The notes under the pieces were generated by a model. It worked only from the letters and a program-made list of their open reading frames with translations. It was not told the DNA's origin and ran no database searches. From an uncultured Methanobrevibacter sp. (GTDB lineage Archaea > Methanobacteriota > Methanobacteria > Methanobacteriales > Methanobacteriaceae), in contig CACYJH010000004.1 in assembly GCA_902774685.1 (NCBI GenBank), positions 3,025 through 67,024 of the forward strand: DNA of 64,000 nucleotides. Reading direction: 5' to 3'. A program made the translations under genes and the position numbers. Numbering within the stretch: position 1 is the stretch's first letter; each line of letters begins with the position of its first letter. Of the stretch, positions 30,412-39,772 are shown in pieces.

Positions 30412-32802
30412 TTATTCTCCTTCAGTTAAATCTCCCATACGAGTACAAATTAATGAATCATCACTGATGCTTAAACTTATTATTGCATTGAATAGATCTT
30501 TAATGTCCTCATAACATAGGTTGTTTTGTTCTAAATAATCCACATCATTCTTATTAGACTTAAACCTATTTAAGAAAATGTTTTCATTATCTATTGAAAC
30601 ATCCAGCAATACATCCTCTAGATCATTGATAGTGCGGAAGTCAGTTAATGGAGTTTCTTCTACTGTGAGATCACCATTATCCTTTACAACTATATTTGTT
30701 ACAAATGATTCCGTAGGCAAATCATTTATAGAAAAGTATGTTTCAATTATCCATTCATTATTGACACTAGTTCCATCAGAACTTGTATAGATAGTGGTTA
30801 ATCCAAACTCTGGAAGATAATCTAAACTTGCTATTCCATGGGAATCTGCTGTTTTTGATTCTATGATTGTGTTATCCTTATAGAATTTCACAGTTTCTCC
30901 GGAATTGTGGCCTGTTGAGGTTAATGTTATGGAATTTCCATAAGCTGTCATTATATCAATAGGTTCTTTGCTTATTTCTACAGATTGGTTTAATTCTATA
31001 GACCTATAAGTGTCTGAACCTTCAAAAATAAGTTCAATATCATAATCGCCTTTCATTAATTCTCGTATAGGAATGGTGGCAGTAAATTGCCCATTATTAT
31101 CTGTTGAAGTATCAATAACAGTTTCTGCAAGTATGATTTTCAAATTGGCATTTTTAATCCCATTATTTTCTTTTGATTTCATTGTTCCTGAAACAACAAT
31201 ATTATCATAACTTGTAAAGTAATTCTGCTTATCTGTACTTAAACTTATTAATGGAGTTCCTCCATTCACAAGCACAGTTAAATAATTATTGTAATCCACA
31301 TTATTGTTAGTGTAATTTGATGATTTGATATATGTTTGAGCACCATTGCTATCCAATGTAATATCAAGCAGGGATAATGTTAAATTTTTATTTCCAGTAA
31401 TGTGGAAAAACTTATTGGATAAATCATTATGGATTATGGCATTTCCACAACCCAATATTGTACAATTGTCGTTTATAATAGTTGAATCATTTACAGTGAC
31501 TTCCCCTTGAACAACAATCATATTTCTTACATTTGAAACTTTTTCCAGAGCTTTATTAATTGTTAAAAATGGATTATCTATTGTTCCGTCATTGCTGTCA
31601 TCTCCATTACTTGATACATAGAAATCGGCATTATTACATCCTTGAACATTGATTTCCATTTCTTCTGTACCAATTATATCATTATCATTGCGGGCTATGA
31701 AAGTGAAAATATTTGTAGTTTCCTCATCAAGTAATGTGTATGGCACAAAAAAAGAAGATCCGTTGCTTTCGAAACGTTGATTGTTAAATAATATTTCTAC
31801 CGTGAAATTTTCATCAAGTTCTTCAGCAAGATTATTCATTAGCTTAAAGCTGAATAGAACATTTGACCATTTTTTAGGGAAATTAGTGTTGGCTGAAACA
31901 AAGAAATATCTTCCCAAATTATCTGTACAATCCCCAAAACCATCTTTATGTTCCCATGTTTTAGGAATCCAATCGAGAACATGCTCATTTTCATAATCAA
32001 AATCATGTCTTGTTTCATCGAATAATTTTAACAAATACTTTTCACGATTGATCATACTTGCTTCCAGTCCATATAACTTCCATATTTCAAGAACAGGTAA
32101 CGGGGTAGTATGTAAACGTGAAAGGTAATTTATGATACGGTTCATGTAATGGTAATCATCTTCAGTAAGTTGATTGTTATAGGGAGGTTCAGTATGGGAG
32201 TAATCTTCTGTTGGAATATAATTTTTTCTTGGAATATTATTTAAAGATCCAATTCTGTCGAGACTAGTGTCATGGTCAAAAATATCATTTAGTGTATCAT
32301 CATTTTCTGGGAATCCTTTTTCAATGATAATTTCATCATATGTTTCAATATATATGTGGAATTTATCTTGTGGAATGATTGATTGTTCCTCTTCAACATA
32401 GTCTTCTGTTTCTTCATTTTCCCCTTCAGTATCATTCAAGATACTTATTAAAGTATCATTTTCCATTGTGCTATCGTAGAGATGAATGAATGATGAAACA
32501 TTGTCATCATAGGAATAGTCTTCCCTACATATCACATCATCATTTTTATAGCAAATAACAGTTTTTAGATGACGATAATTGGCAACAAAATGTATGACAT
32601 AATCAAATGGGACATTTTGCTCTTTCCAAATCCAAACTTTTTTTAACAATTTGAAACTTTCAGCAGCCTCAAATATTGATTGATGCAATTCCTGGAATCT
32701 ATTATTGGTAACATCTTGAGACTTATAAAAATTAGAGCTTTCCCTTTTATCAATAAAATAAGGGAATTTATTCAATAACTTTTTTAAACTATCTTTTGTC
32801 AT
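30412..32802 (-). CDS. baseplate wedge-like protein with adhesin-like and Ig-like domains
   Basis: SLDRIGSLNNIPR...EDD..Y..RI wedge motif; FYVSSNGDDSNDGT..NPF.TI.KAL motif; follows baseplate J. Confidence 0.65.
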   Translation of the reverse strand: MTKDSLKKLLNKFPYFIDKRESSNFYKSQDVTNNRFQELHQSIFEAAESFKLLKKVWIWKEQNVPFDYVIHFVANYRHLKTVICYKNDDVICREDYSYDDNVSSFIHLYDSTMENDTLISILNDTEGENEETEDYVEEEQSIIPQDKFHIYIETYDEIIIEKGFPENDDTLNDIFDHDTSLDRIGSLNNIPRKNYIPTEDYSHTEPPYNNQLTEDDYHYMNRIINYLSRLHTTPLPVLEIWKLYGLEASMINREKYLLKLFDETRHDFDYENEHVLDWIPKTWEHKDGFGDCTDNLGRYFFVSANTNFPKKWSNVLFSFKLMNNLAEELDENFTVEILFNNQRFESNGSSFFVPYTLLDEETTNIFTFIARNDNDIIGTEEMEINVQGCNNADFYVSSNGDDSNDGTIDNPFLTINKALEKVSNVRNMIVVQGEVTVNDSTIINDNCTILGCGNAIIHNDLSNKFFHITGNKNLTLSLLDITLDSNGAQTYIKSSNYTNNNVDYNNYLTVLVNGGTPLISLSTDKQNYFTSYDNIVVSGTMKSKENNGIKNANLKIILAETVIDTSTDNNGQFTATIPIRELMKGDYDIELIFEGSDTYRSIELNQSVEISKEPIDIMTAYGNSITLTSTGHNSGETVKFYKDNTIIESKTADSHGIASLDYLPEFGLTTIYTSSDGTSVNNEWIIETYFSINDLPTESFVTNIVVKDNGDLTVEETPLTDFRTINDLEDVLLDVSIDNENIFLNRFKSNKNDVDYLEQNNLCYEDIKDLFNAIISLSISDDSLICTRMGDLTEGE

Positions 32803-32803
32803 T

Positions 32804-33958
32804 TCATATCATCTCAATAGTTATATTATTACTTACCCCTTTTTCATCATCAAGAATAGGAATATACTCAGTGGGATAATTAAAAGTTATGCTTTTCAAT
32901 TCTGGAATTTCTTCATCCAGGAATACGGCTAATTTATGAGGTATGAAATCCTCCCCTATTTCAAGCCCTATATAATACATCCCATCATTAGTGTATCCTC
33001 CATCAATGAATGTCTTTATGGAGGCCAGTATTTTTGATTTGATTTGCTCTTTTTCAACTGCACTATAAGGGTTTATCTGGTCAATGTCAACATTAATTAT
33101 AGCATAAACATCTATCAGTTTTTCATTTGGTGCAAACATTATAATATCTTCAGTAGCTTGAGAAACAATATTTTGCAATCCATCATAAGCTTCGTTTAAT
33201 TGGTAATCTGTTCCAGGGTCAATAATGACTTTAACTGTACCTGTAACATCCCAATTAGGTACAATACGGTAACCGTCAATACCATCAAAACTTGCAAAAT
33301 AATATTCATAAGCTTCATTTGACCCTTTTAGATTGATTTTTATCCAATTCTTCAATAATTCCCTATACTGGGAGTCTGTGTAAGTTTCACTACCTCCAGA
33401 TGAAGATTTCATATTAGTGCATGTTATGTTTCCTTCAATGTCAAATTCTGATTCAATATTAGTTAATGTGTTTTCAATTACTTTGCTGCTTATTCCTGGT
33501 TCCAATGCTATTGCTTGAACAGTTGCGCTTGTTTCGTCAATTGGAATGTATACTTCTTCAAGTGTCCGGTATTGTATTCCCTTTTCTGTTGAAACTATTA
33601 TCTCATCAGTTATGATAATTTCCTCTTCGTTTTGTATTTGGCTTATTGTGAAAGTGATTTCTGCCATAGCATAAGTTGCCATTGGCCTTGATATTCCCAC
33701 AATCTTCCCAAGGTTATCCAAGTCTTCGCCTTCAGCAATGTCTATATCAATACTGTTGTAGACTGCAGTTAGATCTTCATAGAATGACGCAAACATTTCT
33801 GCTATCACTGATTTGTCCATAACATAATAATTGCTGATATCCTCTTTATTTTCAATGTAACTGGTAAAATCTTCAGCATGACTTATAAGTCCGTTTTCTA
33901 CAGAGTCATTTAACATCTTTTCAAAGATTTCTTCATAATATTTTTGAGAGTAATTCAT
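32804..33958 (-). CDS. baseplate J-like protein
   Basis: AEGEDLDNLGKIVGISR..AT.A, V.AIALEPG, GG.E.ETD..YR, GTVKV. Confidence 0.9.
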   Translation of the reverse strand: MNYSQKYYEEIFEKMLNDSVENGLISHAEDFTSYIENKEDISNYYVMDKSVIAEMFASFYEDLTAVYNSIDIDIAEGEDLDNLGKIVGISRPMATYAMAEITFTISQIQNEEEIIITDEIIVSTEKGIQYRTLEEVYIPIDETSATVQAIALEPGISSKVIENTLTNIESEFDIEGNITCTNMKSSSGGSETYTDSQYRELLKNWIKINLKGSNEAYEYYFASFDGIDGYRIVPNWDVTGTVKVIIDPGTDYQLNEAYDGLQNIVSQATEDIIMFAPNEKLIDVYAIINVDIDQINPYSAVEKEQIKSKILASIKTFIDGGYTNDGMYYIGLEIGEDFIPHKLAVFLDEEIPELKSITFNYPTEYIPILDDEKGVSNNITIEMI

Positions 33959-34386
33959 ATTTCGACACTTCCTTCCACTATTTCATCATTAATGCTTGTT
34001 ACATTGAAAGTTATTTTGTATGCATTATCTTCGGAATCGGTTACTTCAATCCAATTCACTTCCAGTATTCTTCTCATTTTTTCAAGGATTTCAATGACAA
34101 ATAGTTCAATCTTATATTCTACCATTGGCGATTTATTTGCTTTAATCAATTCATGTAAATGGCAACCAAATTCCTCATATAATGGATTATCTTTAAGCTC
34201 GCCATATCTTGTCATTATTGCAATACATATAGCATTATGAAGTGATTGATTTCCAGCAACATTTACATAATCTCCGTTTTCCATCTGAAGATCCCAACGA
34301 TTGTATGCATCTGGTTTTAAATGGACATCTTCATTTAAAGTTTTATAAAAATTATAATCATCACTTGATATGTCAATAGGCAACAC
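33955..34386 (-). CDS. gp25/GpW-like baseplate wedge (sheath initiator)
   Basis: AIMTRYGEL...PEFG-like motif; immediately upstream of baseplate J. Confidence 0.8.
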   Translation of the reverse strand: MLPIDISSDDYNFYKTLNEDVHLKPDAYNRWDLQMENGDYVNVAGNQSLHNAICIAIMTRYGELKDNPLYEEFGCHLHELIKANKSPMVEYKIELFVIEILEKMRRILEVNWIEVTDSEDNAYKITFNVTSINDEIVEGSVEI

Positions 34387-34526
34387 TATTTACCCCTCCT
34401 CATTTTTATACTCTTGCACATATTGTTCCACAAAGTGCTATGAATGTTAATTTGCTTGGAGTCACAATTGTGGAATCTACAGTTTGTACATGATTCATCA
34501 AGATAATTTTCGCTAATAATAATCAC
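34386..34526 (-). CDS. small Cys-rich protein (absent from the ORF track; start uncertain)
   Basis: Open frame ...ISENYLDESCTNCRFHNCDSKQINIHSTLWNNMCKSIKMRRGK fills the intergenic gap. Confidence 0.35.
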   Translation of the reverse strand: MIIISENYLDESCTNCRFHNCDSKQINIHSTLWNNMCKSIKMRRGK

Positions 34527-34536
34527 CTCATATCAA

Positions 34537-35124
34537 TCAGGGCATTGCACTTGCCAATGGATAAGTTACAGATGTGTGAATATTCAATGAAGTGGCTGAG
34601 GAATTGTTCACAATCTTGATGGCTCCTGCACTTGTAACACTGACTGCACCAAATCTTCCATCACCATTCCCCCAAACCGCGGATGAATATTTCGGCCTGT
34701 ATGTTGCATTTATGGTGGTGTTGCTTAATGTTGTTACACCATTGGCAGTCAAACTGCTAAATGTTCCTGTGAGTATGACATGAACCAGGAAAGCATTTGC
34801 AAATACTAATATTTTCCCGCTTTGCAAGGATTGTTTCTGTGTGAATTTCAATTCAGTCTCAGTATAATATCTATCATCATGAGTGTGTCCAGTATCACTT
34901 TTATTATTTAACTCTCCTGTAATGACCTTGTTTTGCACTGGATTCTCACTTGTACTGCTTAATGCATCATCAACAGTAACACTCCCTCCACCACTGATGT
35001 TAATGTTTCCACTTCCCAAGAGACTTTGATTATTGATTGTTTTGATGTTTGTTCCACTGACAAGTTTATCCTGAAACCAATTCTGCAACCATGTTACTAT
35101 TCCATCAATGTTAATGTCAGTCAT
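34537..35124 (-). CDS. short tail fibre / receptor-binding protein
   Basis: QDKLVSGTNIKTINNQSLLGSGNI and HTHDDRYYTETE fibre motifs; N-terminus shared with the upstream fibre. Confidence 0.75.
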   Translation of the reverse strand: MTDINIDGIVTWLQNWFQDKLVSGTNIKTINNQSLLGSGNINISGGGSVTVDDALSSTSENPVQNKVITGELNNKSDTGHTHDDRYYTETELKFTQKQSLQSGKILVFANAFLVHVILTGTFSSLTANGVTTLSNTTINATYRPKYSSAVWGNGDGRFGAVSVTSAGAIKIVNNSSATSLNIHTSVTYPLASAMP

Positions 35125-35137
35125 TTTTCATTCACCT

Positions 35138-36436
35138 TTATGATTTGAGATGCAAGGTGATTCTGCCATTTGCATTAGTGGTCTTGTCAACGAGTTTCAC
35201 TCCATTTGTGAAACCATTACTATTATAAGACCAGTCAATATCATCACTTGAATTACCTTTTGCACCCAATGCAGTGTCAATAGCAGAATTTATTGTGTTC
35301 TGTGTTGCATTAGCTGAAGATCCTATATTAGAATAAGATGCACTATCAAATGCATAACCACAGTAAAATACTCCTTTTTTCAGATTACCATCGGATAATG
35401 CAATGATAGGTGCATTTCCAGTCCTTATTGTTGTATCAATACTGGTAATCTTCCCATCATTACTTATATTTCCATGACTATGGGTGCTTGTTGCATAATC
35501 TGATGGTGAAGCAGAACTGAAAGGATTATTCTCTATATCCGTCCAATCAATACTCAACTCATCTAAAATGTCTGTATCCATTTTATGCCAAGAGTAGGTG
35601 TAGTTTGGGTCTGCACCACTTCTTTTAACATAGTAAACATTAACCTTGCTATTTTCATTGATAATATATAATTTCCCCATTGTAGAGGCATTGGCAGTCG
35701 GCAAGGTTGCAACAATTTCAATTGCCTTTATGCTTCCAAATTGCCCAAGAAGATAATCAATTACTTCATTCACAGCACTTTGAGTTGGATTTTGCCCAAG
35801 ATATTGTCCTATGGTAGTCAATAGCTCATCGCCTATTTGCACCTCTTCTGTGGTATGAGAATGTGAAGAAGGGTTGAAACTGCTTGGAACATTTGTCAGG
35901 TCATTATAACTGCCACTAAATGCAGTTGAAGAATCTTGTTTTGTATCAATCAAATCCTTTAAAACTTTCCCCTGATAAGCAGACAAGGCAGTACCATTAC
36001 TATGAGAAGATTGTGTTAGTCCGTTGATTGTCTTCACATGTCCATAATTTGATGTTGACCCCAATCCATAAGTGCTGGCACTTGAAGCATGACTTGTCGG
36101 AGCCTTGCCACCAAGTGCAGTGTTAATTGCCTTATTCTGCAAAGGATTCTCACTTGTGCTGGATAATGCACTATCCACAGTTATCTTATTTGCACCATCT
36201 TCTATCCCATCTAATTTATCCTTTAAAGCAGTAGTGAAATCTTCGGTAGACAAACCTTTACCAGTTACTTTATCTACCTTATTCTCAACCGTGCTGCTTA
36301 GGTTAGCCAAATTTCCATTGGTTGTTTGCAAGTCACTCTGATTAGCCTTATTGTTAAGGAATCCAGTAATTTCTGTCTTATCATAGAACCAATTCTTCAA
36401 CCAAGTTACTACACCATCAATGTTAATATCCGCCAT
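35138..36436 (-). CDS. tail fibre protein
   Basis: KVDKVTGKGLSTEDFT..K.KLDGI, FSGSYNDLTN.P and HSH motifs; start inferred from the paralog. Confidence 0.8.
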   Translation of the reverse strand: MADINIDGVVTWLKNWFYDKTEITGFLNNKANQSDLQTTNGNLANLSSTVENKVDKVTGKGLSTEDFTTALKDKLDGIEDGANKITVDSALSSTSENPLQNKAINTALGGKAPTSHASSASTYGLGSTSNYGHVKTINGLTQSSHSNGTALSAYQGKVLKDLIDTKQDSSTAFSGSYNDLTNVPSSFNPSSHSHTTEEVQIGDELLTTIGQYLGQNPTQSAVNEVIDYLLGQFGSIKAIEIVATLPTANASTMGKLYIINENSKVNVYYVKRSGADPNYTYSWHKMDTDILDELSIDWTDIENNPFSSASPSDYATSTHSHGNISNDGKITSIDTTIRTGNAPIIALSDGNLKKGVFYCGYAFDSASYSNIGSSANATQNTINSAIDTALGAKGNSSDDIDWSYNSNGFTNGVKLVDKTTNANGRITLHLKS

Positions 36437-36440
36437 AATA

Positions 36441-37181
36441 TTATTCTCCATCATTTATCTTTTCCAGGAATGTGTGAATTGATATGGTATCATCAATTCC
36501 ACCCAATCCAAAATTGTATGTGAACCCCACATCATAATCTTCAAGATCTGTTTCACCTTTTTCAATGTTGTCAATTTTCTCATCCACTTCCTCTTTAGTA
36601 TAAACTGTCTCAGATTCAGCATATTTGATAGAGGTCATTTGTTCGTCAAAATTCCCTGCTTCAATACTGAATGTTTCTGGCAATCTGATGTTTAATCCAT
36701 CATAACCAAATTTTATATAAAACTCATTAGTTCCCCCTTCAGTGCATATTTTCAGGTTACCTTGGGTTGCAGGGTTAATCCCCACCAATTCTTCAATATT
36801 ATAATAGCCTAATAGTAAATACTCATCATCAGAACTGTTGATATCCACAACAAGACAATTCAAATCCCCACGAGGAATAATGCATTTTTCTTTCATTTCC
36901 TTATCATAGACAAAGTCCCCATTAGGCGTGTAAAAATCAATCAATTCCCCACCAAAACGATGCAATATCTTGCATAGGACCTTTTTATTCGAATTTAGTA
37001 TTTGAACTTCTGCTTTATCGAGATAAGGATAAAATTTAGTAACGACCCCTGCTGATATTTTTGAATTGTCTATTGCTTCTTTAACAATTTTGGTGGTTTC
37101 ATTCTTAACAATTTTCCCAATACTATTCGAGAAAGCTTGTTTCATGCGCCCTTGTGTAACCGTAACATTATCTGACTTCAT
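36441..37181 (-). CDS. putative baseplate spike (GpV-like)
   Basis: GVVTKF..A.V OB-fold-like start; located after the hub genes. Confidence 0.55.
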   Translation of the reverse strand: MKSDNVTVTQGRMKQAFSNSIGKIVKNETTKIVKEAIDNSKISAGVVTKFYPYLDKAEVQILNSNKKVLCKILHRFGGELIDFYTPNGDFVYDKEMKEKCIIPRGDLNCLVVDINSSDDEYLLLGYYNIEELVGINPATQGNLKICTEGGTNEFYIKFGYDGLNIRLPETFSIEAGNFDEQMTSIKYAESETVYTKEEVDEKIDNIEKGETDLEDYDVGFTYNFGLGGIDDTISIHTFLEKINDGE

Positions 37182-37195
37182 AATTTTCCCCTCCT

Positions 37196-38287
37196 TTAAT
37201 TGTTAGTTGTCTCCTCTTCAGGTTCTCCCAAACTTGGAGGATAATCAACAAGAGCTAAACTACAAACCCAGTTTCCATCATCATCCTCTTGAGAAACTTT
37301 TATGATATACATATAATCATCAATATTAAAGGAAGGAAGATAAACTCTGCACCATTTCCCCACTTTCCATTTAGAATTTCCTAAAACTTTACATTCAAGC
37401 TTATGCCCATTGTCACGACGTAACTTTGCCCATTCAAGTCTTGCAAATGATTGCGCTTCCTTAAGAGTTTTAGAGTTTTTAGCAGAGATTGTGGAACTGA
37501 TTTTCCCAAAACGTTTTATTAATGAATCATCCTGAACAGTGATGATATGATTATCATAAATGACTTTCAGATAATTAACTGTGGAAGGATTTACATCAGT
37601 TACAGTTACAGAATCATAGAAAATATCCTGGGATTCAATAAGTGATAATTCTGCTGTAGATGGATCACTAATCTTTTGAACATAAACAGTATCATCACGA
37701 ATAAAACATTCCACATCACCATCCCAACCGGACAAAACATCTCTTAATGCTTCTTTAATGCTTGTTGCAGAATTGGAATTTGATGTTGAGTTTGTTTCTC
37801 CACCCATTGCCTTTACTAGGTTATTACCCAATTCTTCTGCAGATGCTCCACAAGCATAAGCAATATAATCAGAATATTTTTCACATACTTCTGCGGTTGT
37901 CATTCCAACAATATCTGAAGTGAAAGATTTTGAGGAATAATCATCTGATGCCTTCTTAAGTTTTACTGTTTTTGCAGCTTCACATGTGCAGGTTTTCTTG
38001 TTTATCCATCCCTGAAGACCAAAATAACAATATTTTGTATGATAATATCCATTTTTCATACCTGTGTAAAAGTCCTTATAGGTTTGGAGGTCTGCACCAT
38101 TGACAAGAAAGACAATTATTTTGCCCTTATTTTTCTTTTTTCCCATTAGTTTTTGGGAGTTTCCAGGCCCAACATCTGCTAAAGTAACAGTATGCCCTGC
38201 TTTTTCAAGGATTTTCTTAATGATACTCTGTGTTTTTTTATCTTCCGATACCTTGTTTTTATCACAGCCAAGAATAATGTTTGACAA
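37196..38287 (-). CDS. baseplate hub C-terminal half with an extra N-terminal alpha/beta domain
   Basis: D.SLIKRFG, KVLGN..W.VG..C.V...YIIKV.Q hub C-terminal pattern. Confidence 0.6.
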   Translation of the reverse strand: MSNIILGCDKNKVSEDKKTQSIIKKILEKAGHTVTLADVGPGNSQKLMGKKKNKGKIIVFLVNGADLQTYKDFYTGMKNGYYHTKYCYFGLQGWINKKTCTCEAAKTVKLKKASDDYSSKSFTSDIVGMTTAEVCEKYSDYIAYACGASAEELGNNLVKAMGGETNSTSNSNSATSIKEALRDVLSGWDGDVECFIRDDTVYVQKISDPSTAELSLIESQDIFYDSVTVTDVNPSTVNYLKVIYDNHIITVQDDSLIKRFGKISSTISAKNSKTLKEAQSFARLEWAKLRRDNGHKLECKVLGNSKWKVGKWCRVYLPSFNIDDYMYIIKVSQEDDDGNWVCSLALVDYPPSLGEPEEETTNN

Positions 38288-38298
38288 AAATCACACCT

Positions 38299-39240
38299 CT
38301 AGCAACTTGGTTTATCCCCACATTTCTTAGAATATTTCAAATCTTTCCATACTTGGTTAATCTTTCTTTGACGGCTTGTCGCATCACTTTGATATTCCGT
38401 GCCATTGATAGTTATTATTGTCCAGAAATGGTTTGGACCATGAACCACTTCTGAATCAAGATTTGCACTCCTATACATTGCACAGCTTAATAAGGCCGTG
38501 TCAGCACAATTATTATGCAAGCTTTTAAGTGCAGCACTGGCCGAATCTTTTTTACTGCATTTATAAGAAGAATATTTATTGTTTTTTCTTAACCATTCAT
38601 GAATAAGAACCATTTTTTTATAATCATCCGTTTCATTTCCAATGATCTCTTTTACCTTAGCATCTATGTCTTCGCCTTGCCCCCCAGTAGTGGAAGAGCT
38701 TGTAGAAGAAACATTAGTGAAATCGATTGAATCATCCTTTAAACCTTTCGTGTTGATTTTGCATTTGAGGCCGGAAGATTCAATTATTCTTTTAATGATT
38801 TTAGATCTTTTGGTTTTTTTGAAAGTGAATTCTTTTTCTTGATCAAGTAATTTGCTCATTCCGCTAATTTTCAGTTCAATGTTGTCTGTAGAATATTTCT
38901 GTTCAGTGATAAACCCAAGCAAAACCGTATTGAAATCTTCCCATTTAATATTTTTATCTTCATTTTTCCATGCTTTTTTTAGACAGACCTTTTTACCCTT
39001 GAAAAATCTTTGTTCGTTAACATTTGGGAAAGCAATAGATCCATTTGAGCTTATGTCTTCATAGTCCTGTTCAAATGAGTTTTGAAGAATATTATCATAG
39101 TAGGCAATTTCCGTTATTTGCCCATTATGCAATACAAAACCTTCTTTTTCATCTTCTTCAGTTGTTCGTTCTATGTTTGTGTCTTTGGTTTCGTATATTT
39201 CTAGGCCGGATTTTGCTAGTTTTACTTGGACCATAATCAT
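38299..39240 (-). CDS. baseplate hub N-terminal half fused to a transglutaminase-like (Cys-His-Asp) peptidase
   Basis: LLGFITEQKYS..IELKISG hub motif; NNCAD...VVHGPNHFW...QSDAT triad; start at 39240 after GAGG. Confidence 0.7.
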   Translation of the reverse strand: MIMVQVKLAKSGLEIYETKDTNIERTTEEDEKEGFVLHNGQITEIAYYDNILQNSFEQDYEDISSNGSIAFPNVNEQRFFKGKKVCLKKAWKNEDKNIKWEDFNTVLLGFITEQKYSTDNIELKISGMSKLLDQEKEFTFKKTKRSKIIKRIIESSGLKCKINTKGLKDDSIDFTNVSSTSSSTTGGQGEDIDAKVKEIIGNETDDYKKMVLIHEWLRKNNKYSSYKCSKKDSASAALKSLHNNCADTALLSCAMYRSANLDSEVVHGPNHFWTIITINGTEYQSDATSRQRKINQVWKDLKYSKKCGDKPSC

Positions 39241-39247
39241 ATCCTCT

Positions 39248-39766
39248 CTATTTTTTTGCTTTTTTCTTAGATTTGGATTTGTTTTTAGAATTGGATTTTT
39301 TACTATTCCTATTGGTGGTGACTTTAACTTTCTTCGGCTTAGGAACAGTGAAATTCTCACCAGGAATATTGGACTTTGAGCTTGGAATCTCAGTGACAGT
39401 AAAGTCCAGGACCATATGGTTAGGGGATGATTCTTCAATGTTCTTTTGGATTAAAACTTCTGCTTTTAATTTACCTCCCATATATGGAGAAATAACTTCT
39501 GCTGTATTAGATACGATCTGTCTTAAAATTTTTTCATAAGCATCTGGTCTGTTTTCAGGGTGATAAATAGTGGTTGTGAAACTGTAGCTGCGAGGAACAT
39601 ATTTCCCTTTAGTCACTATTTCAGTACCTCCCAATATACTGTTTCGATTTAATTCACGCCTATTATATGCTTCATCAGAACTAATATTTTCTGCAAAGAA
39701 AGGATAACCATTGATTTCAATGTTTTCACTGACATTAACTTTAATATCTTTATACATATTAACCAT
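39248..39766 (-). CDS. tail tube initiator / baseplate protein
   Basis: Position after TMP; R.YSFT...VISPY.G...FTVTEI pattern; basic tail. Confidence 0.6.
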   Translation of the reverse strand: MVNMYKDIKVNVSENIEINGYPFFAENISSDEAYNRRELNRNSILGGTEIVTKGKYVPRSYSFTTTIYHPENRPDAYEKILRQIVSNTAEVISPYMGGKLKAEVLIQKNIEESSPNHMVLDFTVTEIPSSKSNIPGENFTVPKPKKVKVTTNRNSKKSNSKNKSKSKKKAKK

Positions 39767-39772
39767 GTTTTA

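Noticed and set aside
25029-36436. Diversity-generating retroelement or shufflon acting on the fibres
   Set aside because: No reverse transcriptase, no adenine-specific TR/VR pair, no invertase, and all cassettes are co-oriented
39241-39438. N-terminal extensions in the ORF track (hub-peptidase from 39438, MuF-1 from 53008, C39 from 13298)
   Set aside because: They overlap upstream genes or lack an SD; SD position and paralog alignment support later starts
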